Source of the DNA: Heterodontus francisci
Lineage: Eukaryota
Reading direction: 5' to 3'
NCBI RefSeq assembly: GCF_036365525.1
Contig: NW_027141852.1
Coordinates: 20,832,001 to 20,896,000, forward strand
DNA length: 64,000 bases
A program made the translations under genes and the position numbers. This document shows, one piece after another, positions 14,564-28,369 of this stretch. The notes beneath the pieces were generated by a model. That model searched no databases. It was not told the DNA's origin and saw nothing but the letters and a program-made list of their open reading frames with translations. Position 1 is the first letter of the stretch. Every line of letters begins with the position of its first letter.

Positions 14564-17500
14564 ACAGTGGTCACCCCACAGCTTAAGAGTACGCAGGGAG
14601 AGAGGGAATGGGTGACCACAAGGCAGTCAAAAAGAATCAGGCAGGAAGTGCAGGACACCCCGAGTGCATCTCACTCTCCAACAGGTGTTCAGTTCTGAAT
14701 ACGGAGGACAGTGATGCTTCACCACGGGAGTGCAGCCAGATCCAAGTCCATGGCACCATGGGTGACTCAGCTGCAAAGGTGGGTACAGGGAAGATTGGAA
14801 AAGCCATAGTGATAGATGATTCAATAGTGAAGGGAACAATCAGCTATTTCTGTGGCCACAGACGTGAATCCAGGAATGGTGTGTTGCCTCCCTGGTGCCA
14901 GGGTCAAGGATGTCATTGAGCAGTTACAGAGCATCCTGAAGGGGGAGGGTGAACAGCCAGCATTTGTGGTCCACATCGGAACCAACAACATAGGTAGAAA
15001 TAAGGATGTTGTCCTGCAGTCAGAATTTATGAAGCTAGGTAAGAAATTAGCAAGCAGGGCATCAAAAGTAGTAATCTCCGGATTATTCCCAGTGCCACGT
15101 GCAAGTGAGTACAGGAATAAAAGGATAAGACAGATGAACGTGTGTCTGGAAAGATGGTGCAGGAGGGAGGGCTTTAGATTCTTGGGACAGGTCACACGGA
15201 TTGCAGTTGAACAGAGCCTGGACAGAGTTCCTTGCGGGACATTTTGCAAGTGCTGTTGGCGAGGGTTTAAACTCATTTAGCAGGGGGATTGGAACCGGAA
15301 GGCATGGAAGGCAGAAAATTAATGGATGAGTCTGGAAGAAAGAGGAAACAAAGGTTAGAAAATTTAAAAAGAGTTTGGCAGTGCTCAAGCATATCTTTTT
15401 CAATGCAAGGAGTGTAGAAAATAAAGCAGATGAGCTGAGGGCACAAATAGACATGTGGCAGTATGATATCACAGCTATTACAGAAACATGGCTTAAAGAG
15501 GGACAGGAATAGCAGCTCAACATTCCTGGTTACAGGGTTTTCAGATGTGATAGGGAGGGGGATAAGAAAGGAGGGGGGGTGGCAGTTTTGCTCAAAGTAA
15601 CTATTACAGCTGTGAAGACGGATGATATGTTGGAAGGTTTATCAAATGAGGCCGTATAGATTGAGCTGAGGAACAAAAAAGGGGCAATCACACTGCTGAG
15701 AGTGTGCTATCGACCCCCAAACAGGAGATAGAAGAGCAGATATGTAGGCAAATCTCTGAGAAGTGCAAGAACAATAGAGCAGTAATAGTAGGGGATTTTA
15801 ACCACCACAACATGAACTGGGATACTTTTAGTGTGAAAGAAATTGAGGGAGCAGAGTTCTTGAGGTGCATTCAGGAGAACTTATTTAGCCAATATGTAGC
15901 AAGTCCAACAAGAGAGGGTGCAGTTTTAGATGTCGTTTTAGGAAATGAAGATAGGCAGGTGGAAGGAGTGGCAGTGGGAGAGCATTTTGGTGGTAGTGAT
16001 CATAATTCAGTCAGTTTTAACATAATTATGTAAAGGACAAGGATAGAACAGGTGTTTAAGTTCTCAGTTGGGGCAAGGACAACTTTACTAAGCTGAGGAG
16101 TGAGTTAGCAAAAGTGGACTGGAAACAGCTACTTGAAGGTAAATCAATGTCAGAGCAGTGGGAAGCACTCAAAGGGGAGATTCCAGGGGTTCAGAGTCAA
16201 TATGTTCCCACAAAGAAAAAGGGTGGGAAGGCCAAATCTAGAGCCCCATGGATCTTATAAAGTAGTATTATAAGGCAGTAACGGAAAGCTTATGCCCGAC
16301 TCAGAGAACTCAATACTACTGAAAGCCGAGAGGTGTATCGAATGTGGAGGGGGGAAATCAACATTGAAATTAGGAAAGCTAAGAGAGGGCATGAAAGAAT
16401 ATTGGCAATCAAAATCAAGGTTCGCACAAATATGTTTTATCAATACATTAACAGAAAAAGGATAACTATGGAAAGAGTAGGGCCCATAAAAGATCATGAA
16501 GGTAACCTGTGTGTAGGGGCAGAAGATGTTGGCACTGTTCTTAATAAATACTTTGCATCTGTCTTCACAAAAGAGGGTGATGATGCAGATATTGGAGTTA
16601 AGGAAGAAGGGTATGAAGTATTGGATGTGATCAATAGAGGGAGAGAGGACATATTAGTGACAGGACATACAAATAGCATATTTGTAAGTTGATAAATCAC
16701 TAGGGATGGATGCAATGTTCCCCACGCTGTTAAAAGAAGCAAGAGAGGAAACAGCGGAAGGTTTGACCATCGTTTTCCAGACCTCACTGGATACAGGTGT
16801 GATGCTGGAGGATTGGAAGACTGCGAACATTGTACCTCTGTTTAAAAAGGGAGTGAGGGATAGACCGAATAATTACAGGACAGTCAGTCTAACCTCAGTA
16901 GTGGGCAAATTATTGGAATCTATTCTGAGTGACAGGATAAAATGTCACTTAGAAAGGCACAGATTAATCAAGGATAGTCAGCATGGATTTGTTAAGGGAA
17001 GATCTTGTCTGCCCAACTTGATTGAAATTTTGAAGAATTAACAAGGAAAATAGATGAGGGTAGTGCAGTTGATGTAGTCTACATGGATGTAAATGTAGGG
17101 GGCATGATCAAGAAGTTTGCAGATGACACAAAGATTGGCTGTTTGATAAATAGCAAGGAGGATAGCTGCAGGCTGCAGGAAGATCTTCATGGTCTGGTCA
17201 GATGCACAGAAAAATGACAAATGGAATTCAATCCAGAGAAGTGTGAGGTGATGCATTTGGGGAGGTCAAACAAGGCAAAGGAATACACGATTAACAGGAA
17301 AATGCTGAGAGGTGTAGAGAAAGTGAGGTACCTTGGCGTAAATGTCCACAGATCCCTGAAGGTCGCAGGACAGGTCGATAAGGTGGTAAGAAGACAATAT
17401 GGAATCCTTTCCTTTATTAGCTGAGGTATAGAATATAAGAGCAGGGAGGTTATGCTGGAACTGTATAAATCATTAGTCAGGCCACAACTTGAGTACTGTG

Positions 17501-18226
17501 TGCAGTTCTGATCACCTCATTACAGAAAGGATGTAATTGCACTAGAGAGGGTACAGAGGAGATTTACGAGGATGTTGCCGGGACTGGAAAAATGCAGCTT
17601 TGAGGAAAGATTGGATAGGCTGGGGCTATTCTCCTTGGCACAGAGAAGACTGAGGGAGATCTGACTGGCATGTACAAAATTTGTGGAGTCTGGAAAGAAT
17701 TGAAGTGAAGGGCCTGTTTACCTTAGCAAAGAGATCAGTGACTAGGGGAATAGATTCAAAGTGATTGGCAGAAAGATCACAGGGGAGATGAGGAAAATAC
17801 TTTTTAGCCAGAGGGTGGTGGGAGTCTGGTGGAATTGATACTGTATTTTAGTTTCGTATTGCATCACTTTTTAGAATGGTATGTAATGTTTATATCAATC
17901 TACACTGATGGAATTGATTCTGTCTCTTTCAATTTCACAGTGTGGGCGAGGTCTGAACTGGTATCTAATTTGTGTCTCAGCTTACAATATCTTTCAGCAC
18001 CTTTGAAACATTCACTGCAATGAATGCTGTACTTGTATGCAACTTGTATTTCAGGGTACACTATGGGGATGTTTAAACATCCTTTATAATGAATGGGTGT
18101 GAGCTTTGGGTATGATATTTAATTTAAATCTCAGGGTACATCACTAGGTTAGATTCTGTGCCATTCAATCAGTAGCGTGTGCCAATTCTATCTGATATTT
18201 AATTGCTAGCTCAGTCTGCATTAAAT

Positions 18227-18938
18227 TTGACAGGCAGAGAGATCTGGGCGTACAGGTCCACATGTCACTGAAAGTGGCAACGCAGGTGGATAAGGTAGTC
18301 AAGAACATATGGCTTGCTTTCCTTCATCGGTCGGGGCATAGAGTATAAAAATAGGCAAGTCATGCTGCAGCTGTACAGAACTTTAGTTAGGCCACACTTA
18401 GAATATTGCATGCAATTCTGGTCGCGACACAACCAGAAGGACGTGGAGGCTTTGGAGAGGGTACAGAAGAGGTTTACCAGGATGTTGCCTGGTCTGGAGG
18501 GCATTAGCTATGAGGAGAGGTTGGATAAACTCGGATTGTTTTCACTGGAACGACGGAGGTGGAGGGGCGACATGATAGAGGTTTACAAAGATATGAGCGG
18601 CATGGACAGAGTGGATAGTCAGAATCTTTCTCCCTGGGTGGAAGAGTCAGTTACTCGGGGACATAGGTTTAAGGTGCGAGGGGCAAAGTTGAGAGGGATG
18701 TGCGAGGCAAGTTCTTTACACAGAGGGTGGTGAGTGCCTGCAACTTGCAGCCGTGGGAAGTGGTGGAAGCAGGTACGATTGCGACGTTTAAGAGGCATCT
18801 TGACAAATACATGAATAGGATGGGAAAAGAGGGATACGGACCCCGGAAGTGCAGAAGGTTTTAGTTTAGGCAGGCATCAAGATCGGCGCAGGCTTGGAGG
18901 GCCGAATGGCCTGTTCCTGTGCTATACTGTTCTTTGTT
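18227..18938 (+). mobile_element. Young CR1 3' fragment
   Basis: ORF 18314-18733 (LVRPHLEYCMQFWS) plus CR1 3' tail. Confidence 0.88.
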
Positions 18939-19849
18939 AGATTGACACATTGCATTTCAATCTGCTAGTGGGTGTGATTTTGACCTGGGATTGAAGTATC
19001 TGACTGTCAGTGGGACTCAATCGGGGTGAAATGGAAAAAACCTCTTTCTCTCCTGCTTTGTTTGGTTGTTTGATTGAAAATGTGTTTCTGGAACTTGGGA
19101 TCAATGTGAGCCTGACTATTTCTGCAATCTGAGACCAGGGAACTGATGAACTATCTGTACCTCTGCAGTCTGAGTGATAATGTACCTACTGTGTGTGAGT
19201 GGAGCTGGCAGCACTGTTCCTTGTGCCTCGAGTGCAGCAACCATGACATTCATCACAATATCTTCAAGTATTTGCCTGTATGAAGAAAAAAATATATCTG
19301 ATAACTCAAGAACAGATGCGGTGCATAATATCAAAGAGGTCAATTTAATTTCTCAATCAATAATCATTAAGAACATCCACAAATAAAAACCGGTGTCATT
19401 ATCTGCCTCCACTGAAGTACTGAAGCTCCCAGCTCCTGCATCGCAAGTGTTCTGGGCAGATCCATCCAGACAAAACACTGCACTGGGATCGTCCCAACTG
19501 CTCTATGCTCTACATATATTTCCAGCCATCCTGCTTCACATGCAAAAATGTTTTTTAAATGAAGCCCGATATGTATATCCCTCGATTCCTTTCTCCACAT
19601 ACAATTGTTCATTTGTTCCACCTCCCCTTCAGTGCATCGATACTATTCACCCCAACCTCTCCCTGTGATAACAAATTCCAGATTCGAACCATTCACTGCG
19701 TAAATACATTTTTCATGAATTCCTCATTGGTTTTATGAATGACGATTTTCTATTTTGGCTCTTGTTTCAGATGCCACCACAAGTGGAAGCATGTCCCCAT
19801 GTACTCTATAAAAGCCCTTCACTATTTCCTCACTTTTTTCATTTGTTAG

Positions 19850-21010
19850 TGTGATGTAGGCATCACTGGCTATGCCAGCATTTGTTGCCCAATCCAAATT
19901 GCCCTTGACAAATTGGTGGTGAGCTGCCTTCTTGAGCCGCTGCAGATCTTGAGATGTAGGAACACCAACAGTGCTGTTTGGAAGGGAGTGCCAGGATTTT
20001 TACCCAGCGACAATGAAGGAATGGCGATATCGTTCCAAGTCAGGATGATCTGTGAATTGGAGGGGAATTTGCAAGTGGTAGTGTTCCCTTGCAACTGCTG
20101 CCCTTGTCCTCCTCAGTAGTCGAAGTTCCAGGTTTGGAAGGTACTGTCAAAGGAGCTTTCGTGTGTTGCTGCAGTGCACCTTGTGGATGGTACGCGCTGC
20201 TGCCACTGTGCATCAGTGGTGAATGGGGTGATTGTTGAAGGTGGTGCTTGGGGGCAATCAAGCAGGCTACTTGAGTGTTGTTGGAGCTGCACTCATCCAG
20301 GCAAGTGGAGAGTATTCCATCATACTCCTGCATTGTGTCTTGTGAATGGTGGATAGGTTTGTGGAGACAGGAGGTAAGTTACTCACCACAGAGTTCCTAG
20401 CTTCTGACCTACTCTTGTAGCCACGGCATTTATGTGGCTGGTCCAGTTCAGTTTATGGTCAATGGTAACCCCGACCCCCCACACCCCCCGCCCCCAAATG
20501 TTGATGGTGGGGGATTCAGTGATGGTAATGCCACTGAACATCAAGAGGAGATGATTAGATTCTCTCTTGTTTGAGATGGTCATTGCCTGGCACTTATCTG
20601 ACGCGAATGTTACTTGCCACTTATCAGCCTAAGCCTGGATGTTGTCCAGGTCTTGCTGCATCTGGGCACGGGCTGCTTCAGTAGCTGAGGAGTCATGAAT
20701 GGTGCTGAACATTGCGCAATCATCAGTGAACATCCCCACTTTCGGCCTTGTGATGGAGGGAAGGTCATTGATGAAGCAGCTGAAGATGGTTGGGCCTAGA
20801 ACACGAGCCTAAGGAATTCCAGCTGTAATGTCCTGCGACTGAGATGATTGACCTGAACAACCACAGCCATCTTCCTTAGTGCTAGATATGACTCCAAACA
20901 GCAGAGGGTTTTGCCATGATTCCCATTTACACTAGTTTTGCTGGGGCTCCTTGTTGCCATTAATGGTCAAAGGTTGCCTTGATGTCAAGGGCAGTCACTC
21001 TCACCTCACA
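19850..21010 (-). mobile_element. CR1/L2-group LINE remnant of a different family
   Basis: ALDIKATFD, MFTDD and GVTIDHKLNWTSHIN RT motifs on the minus strand. Confidence 0.7.
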
Positions 21011-24004
21011 ATGCAATGTTTCTTTAACTCTAAAATAAAAGCAAAATTCTGCAGATTCTGCAAATATGAAATTTAAAAAAACAAAAATGCTCAAAATACT
21101 CAACAGTTCAGGCAGCATATGTGGAGAGAGAAACAGAATTAACATTTCAGGTCTGTGTCCTTTCATCTTACAATATGTTTTATGTCCTGGTATGTAATGG
21201 TCAGGTTCATTCAGTTTGCAGTAATGGAATTAATAATGTGTCTTCCACTCTGACTATTTGTGAGATTTGTGGAGTGGTGTGTAACATGGAGCTCAGTCTG
21301 CAGTCTGGGTACATTATTGAGATTAATTCTGTACTTTACAATCAGGTACTGTTTGTCTGTTCCATCTGACATTGAATTTGTAGTTCAGGCTGCTCTCTTG
21401 TGAGAGTGACACAGTGCCTTGCAATCTGATAGTGGGTGTGATTTTGGACTGGGATTGATGTACCTACGTGTCAGTGGGACTGAGTTGTGGTGAAATGGAA
21501 ACAAGTTCAATCTTTCCTGCTCTGTCTGACTGTTGCATTGACTGTTGGTCTCTGGAACTTGGGATCAGTGCCGGTCTGACTACTTCTGCTGGCGGTGATT
21601 GTGGAACTGATGTCTCTGCTCTCTGTGAGTGATACTGTACTTACTGTGTGTGAGGAGCTGGCTGCACTTCCTCGTGTCGAGTAATCACGACATTTATTCT
21701 GCTTCCATCAAGTATTTGCCTGCAGAAAGGAAATGTATTTATTATAATTCAGGAAGAGATGTGGTAGAAGATACAAAAGTGACCAAAACAATTTTCAATT
21801 AATAATCATTATGAACAATCACAAAGGAAACCCAGCAATACAAACAGAGTCAGTGTCTGATTCCACTGCAGTCCTGCAGCCCCCAGCAACTGCATACCAG
21901 GGGCTTTGGCCATTTTACAACAATTAAATAACATCCAGAAACAATCCACTGGGCCATGAATGGGACTGACCGACGGAACAGGGACTTTTACACAGGTCAG
22001 ATTTCCAGTTCCCGCTCCCATGGTCTAACCGTTCAAGTGAAACCAAACAGCCACTGTTTAAAATGTGTCCTTCACACTTCTCACCTGGTGCCGATAATAG
22101 ATTCTCTTTGTGTAACTCCCCACATCCTGACTGTCCGCTTCTGTTCCCACACTTCACTGTCCAATAACAAGAAACTGTGGGAACAGGCTGGATCGCTCTC
22201 TTTGCGCTGGCACGGACATGATTGGCCGAATGGCCTCATTCTGTGCCGGAATTTTTCCATGTTTCTGCTGGCGGAATTGTTGCAGAAATCTGCGCCTGCG
22301 CTCCCCTCCCCCAGCACTGCCTGTGAGCGGAAGAAGATGGTTTAAAACAGCCGCCAATGGAGAGATCCCGGTCCCGGTGGAAGGGAGCAAACAGCAGCCT
22401 CGTTCCAGCAGCACATCGCTTTGGGAGCGTGTCCACAGATAGACTCAGAGATCAGCATCGAGTCCGGGGCAAGTTCAGGGGCAGGCGGGGGCTGTTTGTT
22501 TGAGGCGGAGTGGAGCAGGAACTGGTCCCGGAACATGGAGTGAGTGGGGGAAGGGAGAGGCCATTCTCGGGTTGTGTGTGGACAAGGGGATGGAGACAGA
22601 ATGGGAAGAAACTGTTACTGCAGTGCAGTCAAACAATGATAATATTTGTATGGCTGGGCTTCCTTTGTGGGCGTTTATAATTATTATGAGAGATTAAATT
22701 CATTAAAATCCTGTATCTTCTGTCTCACCAGTATTTGAATTATAAACATTCTTTTGTTTAAACAGACAAATAATTGAATGAACCAAAATAAATGTGATGT
22801 TTCCTCCACCAAGTTACATGGAAGAGTGTCACCAGCTCCTTCTCACACACAGTCCGTACATTATCACTCACAGAGTGCAGAGACACAGACAGGTCATCAG
22901 TTCCACAGTCTCCGACAGCAGAAACAGATCCAGAGACACATTTTCAATCCATCAATCAAATGGAGCAGGAGAGACGCACGTTGTTTTCATGTCACCCCAA
23001 CTCAGTATCACTGACAGGTAGATTCACAAATCCCAGTCCAAATTCTCACCCACTATCAAATTATCAGTGTGTCAATCCCACAATGGAGCAACCTCAGTTA
23101 CAAATTAAATGCACATAGAATTGACACATGGTTGCTGTTTCAAAGTTACAGAAATAACCTCAATGAAGTGCTCCGAGATTCAACTTAAATACCAGCCTAA
23201 TATTTACACGGGTTTTGACTTTATTATCAGTATTAATTCCCATAATGTGTCCAGACATATACATTAGATACAAATCTCAAGTGCATAATCAGATTGCAGA
23301 GGTACAAACTCAGATTCCACTTTAAAACTCATCCGGATTGTGAAACTAAAAGATACAATATAAATTTGATTAGTATAGTTTGAGCTATAAATTACGTACC
23401 AGTCCTAAAACCTCATATAGTGTCAGGTGGAAGATACTGTACAATTCCAGACTGAGCTCATTTTACATGCAAGTCCAAGATTCTCACTCAGAGTTAGACT
23501 GAATGGCACTGATCAAATTGATGAGTACAGCCTGAGTTACACTTGCACATCAATCCTGTATCAGATTGTAGGATACATTATATTTCACTATTGTGTTCAC
23601 AGTGACAGATACTATTTAATACTGGGCAAAACCTCAAACAGGATTTATGTATCTACCTGTCTGCTTAAAACCTACCACATCAGTGGCCTGTTGCTGTGCT
23701 GAATTTTTATGTGGAATAAATCCAGACTTGCACCAGTCCCATTGACGGAAGTTTATATAATGAATCCCACAATCACACAGAGTACCAGACACTGACAGTT
23801 AGAGAGTGATTTTGAAACACATGCTCAGTGCCAGATGCTGAAAGGTATAGGTTGATTACTGCACTCACTGACAGTACCTCAGCCTGAGTCATCTAAAGCA
23901 ACCTAACACACAAATAGTAGCACTGAGAGATTGAGAAAGAGTCCAAAACTCAGAGTAACAGACACTGATAGACACAATCTGAAAACTGCACGCACATGGA
24001 TATA

Positions 24005-25050
24005 GTATTGGCTAACTCACAAGAAACAGAGTGGGGATAATTGGGGAATTTTCAAATTGGCAAACTGTAACTAATGGAGTGCCACAGAGATCAGTGCTGG
24101 TGCCTCAATCTTTATGGTCTTTATTAATAACTTGCATGAAGGGACCGAGTGTAAATCCAAATTTATGGATGGTACAACGATAGGTAGGAAAGCAAGTTGT
24201 GAGAAGGACACAAAGTGTCTGCAAAGAGATATAGATAGGTTAAATCAGTGGGCAAAAGTTTAGCAGATGGAGTATAATATGGGAAAATGTAAGATTGTCT
24301 ACTTTGGCAGGAAGAATAGAAAAACAGAATATTACCAAGGAATCTGTGTGTCCAGGTACATGAATTACAAAAAAGTTAGCATGCAGCTACAGCAAGTAAT
24401 TAGGAAGGCAACTGGAATGTTGGCATTTTTAGAGAGGGGAATGGAGTTTAAAAGTAGGGAAGATTTGCTGTAACTGTACAGGGCATTAGTGACATCCCAA
24501 CTAAAGTACTCCACACAGTTGTGGTCTCCTTACTTAAGCAGGGCTATACTTGCATTGGAATCAGTTCAGAGAATGTTCACTCGGCTGATACTTGGGAAGT
24601 TGGATTGTCTTATGAGAAAAAGTTGAGCAGGTTGGGCCTATACTCACTGGAGTTTAGAAGATTGAGAGGTGATCTTATTGAAACCTATAAGATTCTCAGT
24701 GGGCTGGACAGGTAGATGCTGAGAGGATGTTTCTCCTTGTGGGGGAATGTAGAATTAGGGACCACAGTTTCAAGATACGTGGCCTCCCATTCAAGAAGGA
24801 GATGAGGAGGAATTTCTTCGCTCAGAGGTTTGTTCATCTTTGGAATTCTGTTCTCCAGAGGACTGTGGAGGCTGGGTCATTGAATATATTCAAGGCTGTG
24901 ATAGACAGATGTTTGATCTACAAGGGAGTCAATGGTCATGGGCGCAGGCAGGAAAGTGGAGTCAAGGCCACAATCAGAACAACCCCGATCTTACTGAATG
25001 GCGGAGCAGGCTCGATGGGCCAAATGGCCATCTCCTGCTCCTATTTTGTA
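24005..25050 (+). mobile_element. CR1 3' fragment, left arm
   Basis: CR1 RT C-terminal remnants; mirror copy at 34030-35105. Confidence 0.85.
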
Positions 25051-26080
25051 TCTTTTTATCTTCTTACACACACACACACACACACTCAACCAGTGTGTGG
25101 CAGTGGATCCAGAATTAATCCCACTTTCGTACAAAATACCAGAGACTGAAAGGTACAGAATAAATCCCACAGATACATACAGTATGACTGACAGGTACAG
25201 AATGAATCCCATGCTCACACACAGCACCAGGGATTGAAAGATACATGTGATTCCCACCCTCACAGAACAATATCAGACTGAGTTACAGAATGATTTCCAC
25301 ATTCACATCGAGCACCACTGACTGCTAATTAATTCATCCCACAATCACACACACTACCAGAGGCCGACAGATACAGAATGTATTGCACACTTTCACAAAG
25401 TACCAGTGAGTGACAGGTACAGAACGAATCCCACATTCACAAACTGTACTAGAGAATGGCAGATCCAGTACCAATGACCAATTCAGAATGAACTCCAAAT
25501 TTACACATGACACTAGAGATGGAGAGAATTAATTCCACATTCACACTCTGCGAGAGACTGATAGTTACAAAATGGATCCAGAACATGCAGACAGTGCCAG
25601 AGACTGACAGTTACAGAATGAAGTAAACACTCACATACAGTACCAGAAATGACAGAAATGGAATTGATACCACACATAAATGTGATACCAGAGATGGAGC
25701 ATAAAGAATGAATCACACACACACACAACAAGAACAGAGATAGAGTTATACAGAATGAATCACACACACACACAACAAGAACAGAGATAGAGTTATACAG
25801 AATGAATCTCACGCTCATGTACAGGACAACAGATTAACAGGTAAACAATCACCCTCAACACACACATACATTACCAAGGGTCAGTTCAGAATGACTGCAA
25901 AACTCAAATAATGTGTTCGAGGTTGAAAGATGCAGATGAATACAAAACTCACACACAAGATACTCATCGATGCAGCCTGAAAACTGCACTCAAACACAGT
26001 GCAAGGGACCGATATATACTGAATGAATCCCACACTCATATTCAATACCAGAGACTGTCAGATGCAGAATGGATGTCACA

Positions 26081-28140
26081 CTAAACTTCTTCTTCGGAAC
26101 TCCCTCAGGAATGAGGATGACTTTCTTCCACTCCAGGGTTGTGGTTCATTAGGCAAGTGAATAGTCCAATTCTTGATCCACACACTCGGCCACAGGTGGG
26201 GCAGATGGTGCTTGGTGAGGTGGGTGAATGGGATTCTCCAATTTCCAAATACTCCTTTCACTCTTTGCATTTGGTTGCTTCCTGGGCATGTCGACGAATT
26301 TCAAACTGGCTGGCACCTTCGCGGATGCTTCTTCTCCATTTTGGGTGGTTTCAGGCAAGAGATGCCCATGAATCAGTGCAGATGTCAGGGCTTTTCAGGA
26401 TGTCTTGAAGGAAATTCTTGTAATGTTTCCTCTGCCCTCCTGGTAGCTTCTTGCCCTGATGGAGTTCAGAGCAGAAAGCTTGTTTTGGGACTCTGGCGTC
26501 AGGCATGGGGATGATGTGGCCCGTCCAACATAACTGACTAGCCATGACCAGTGTCTCGATACTGGGGATGTTGGCCTGAGAGAGGACACTGATATTGCAG
26601 CGCCTGTCCTGCAACTGAATTTGCAGGATCTTGCGGAATCACCACCGGTGATATCTCTCCAGGGCTTTGAGATGTCTGCTGTACAGTATCCATGTTTCTG
26701 ACACATACAGGAGGGCAGGTAACACTGCAGCCATGTCAACCATGGGCTTGGTGTCTGATTTAAGTTCTTTGTCATCAAACATTCTTTTCCTCAGAGGACT
26801 GAAGGCTATGCTGACACAGTAGACGTGATGCTGAGTGTCATTGTCGATATCTGCCCTTGGTGACAGGAGGTTCCCAAGGTATGAGCAGTGATCCACATTG
26901 CCCACTGGTTTACCGTGGATCTTGATAGTCGAGGGGCAGTGTCGGGGAGCAGGCTGGTAGAGGACCTCTGTCTTCTGGATGTTTTGCTTAAGGCCAATTA
27001 TTTCATACACCTCCGTGATTGCATTGATCAGGGTTTGACGCTTGGCCACTGAGTGTGCGCATACGCAGGCGTCGTCAGCATACTGCAGCTTGATGACAGA
27101 GGTTGGAGTGGCCTTACATCTGGAGGCAACATAGGTTAAATAGTTTCCCTCTCGTCCTGTAGAGTAGATCTACACATGCGACCTAAAGAACAGCTGATGG
27201 GCTGAAAGAACACTGGAACAACAAAAACGTGCTGACAGCCACGACATGTGAGGATTCTTCAGCACAGTCAAGACCATTTATGGCCCAAATTACCAAGGAC
27301 CTACCCTACTGAGAGTAAAGAATGGAGTGACACTGATCAAGGTCAGAGAGGCAATCAGCACTCGTTGGAAGTAGCACTTTGAAGATCTCCTCAATCGCAA
27401 CTCAGTCCTTGATGCAAGTGCCCTTGACCGCATTCCACAGCATGCTACCCACCGTGCTGTCAGCACAATCCCAGGCTGACAGAGATTGAAAAGGACATCT
27501 GACAGCTAAAAAACAATAAGGCCGCTGGCAAAGATGGAATTCCCATCAAAATTCTAAAATCTGGCAGAGAAGCACTCTTGACACAAATACGCGGTCTCAT
27601 TTCCCTCATTTGGAAGGAGGAGAGTATGACAGGGGATCTCCGAGACACTGGAATAGTGATCATCTTTAAAGAAGGTGACAAGACTGACTGTGGTAACTAC
27701 AGAGGGGTATCCCTGCTGTCCACCACAGGGAAGGCCATCACAAGAGTCCTTCTCAACTGCCTCCTCCCCGTGGCTGAAGAGCTCCTCCTGGAATAACAAT
27801 GTGGATTCTGTCCATCAAGTAGCACAATGGACATGATCTTCACAGCAAGACAACTCCAAGAAAATGTAGGGAGCAGCAGCAACCTTTATACCTGGTTTTC
27901 TCTGACCTGACAAAGGCCTTCGACTCCACCAACCAGGCGGGATTATGGAACGTCCTCAAATTTGGCTGCCCAGAGAAATTCATCATCATCCTCTGACGAC
28001 TGCATGATGACATGCAAGCTGTAATCCTTCCAACGGACCTACCACTGACCCAATACCAATGCAAACTGGGGTCGAGCAAGGCTGTGTCATCGCACCAATG
28101 CTCTTTTCCATCATCCTTGCCACAACACTCCACCTCATCT
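26081..28140 (-). mobile_element. RTE-clade LINE with inverted 5' segment (27170-28140 on +)
   Basis: Minus part: LQYADD, YLGNLLS, LLYVSETW; plus part: DCGNYRGVSLLS, DLTKAFDS, GVEQGCVIAP. Confidence 0.85.
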
Positions 28141-28142
28141 CC

Positions 28143-28350
28143 TCATACTCACAGTACCAGAGACTGACAGATACAGAATGGATGTCACACTCACAGTACC
28201 AGAGACGAACAGATACAGAATGGATGTCACACTCACAGTACCAGAGACTGACAGATACAGAATGGATGTCACACTCACAGTACCAGAGACTAACAGATAC
28301 AGAATGGATGTCACACTCACAGTCCTAGAGTCTGATAGATACAGAATGAA
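28143..28350 (+). repeat. 42-bp minisatellite, ~4.5 units
   Basis: cactcacagtaccagagactgacagatacagaatggatgtca repeated. Confidence 0.9.
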
Positions 28351-28369
28351 TCCACACAGCACCGGAGAC

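Larger units (their letters stand above)
10620..17830 (+). mobile_element. Near full-length decayed CR1 LINE (ORF1 with SGNH esterase; ORF2 APE+RT), split by a Tx1 copy and a SINE
   Basis: ORF1 N-terminus continues across the Tx1 insert; AIVIDDSIVKG and VVHIGTNNI esterase motifs; VGDFN and GSDH endonuclease motifs; QHGFVKGRSCL and FADD RT motifs. Confidence 0.85.

Noticed and set aside
22323-22545. Possible snRNA or other structured ncRNA gene in three copies
   Set aside because: No recognisable U-snRNA, 7SK or 5S sequence; it ends in a splice donor and is better explained as a first exon
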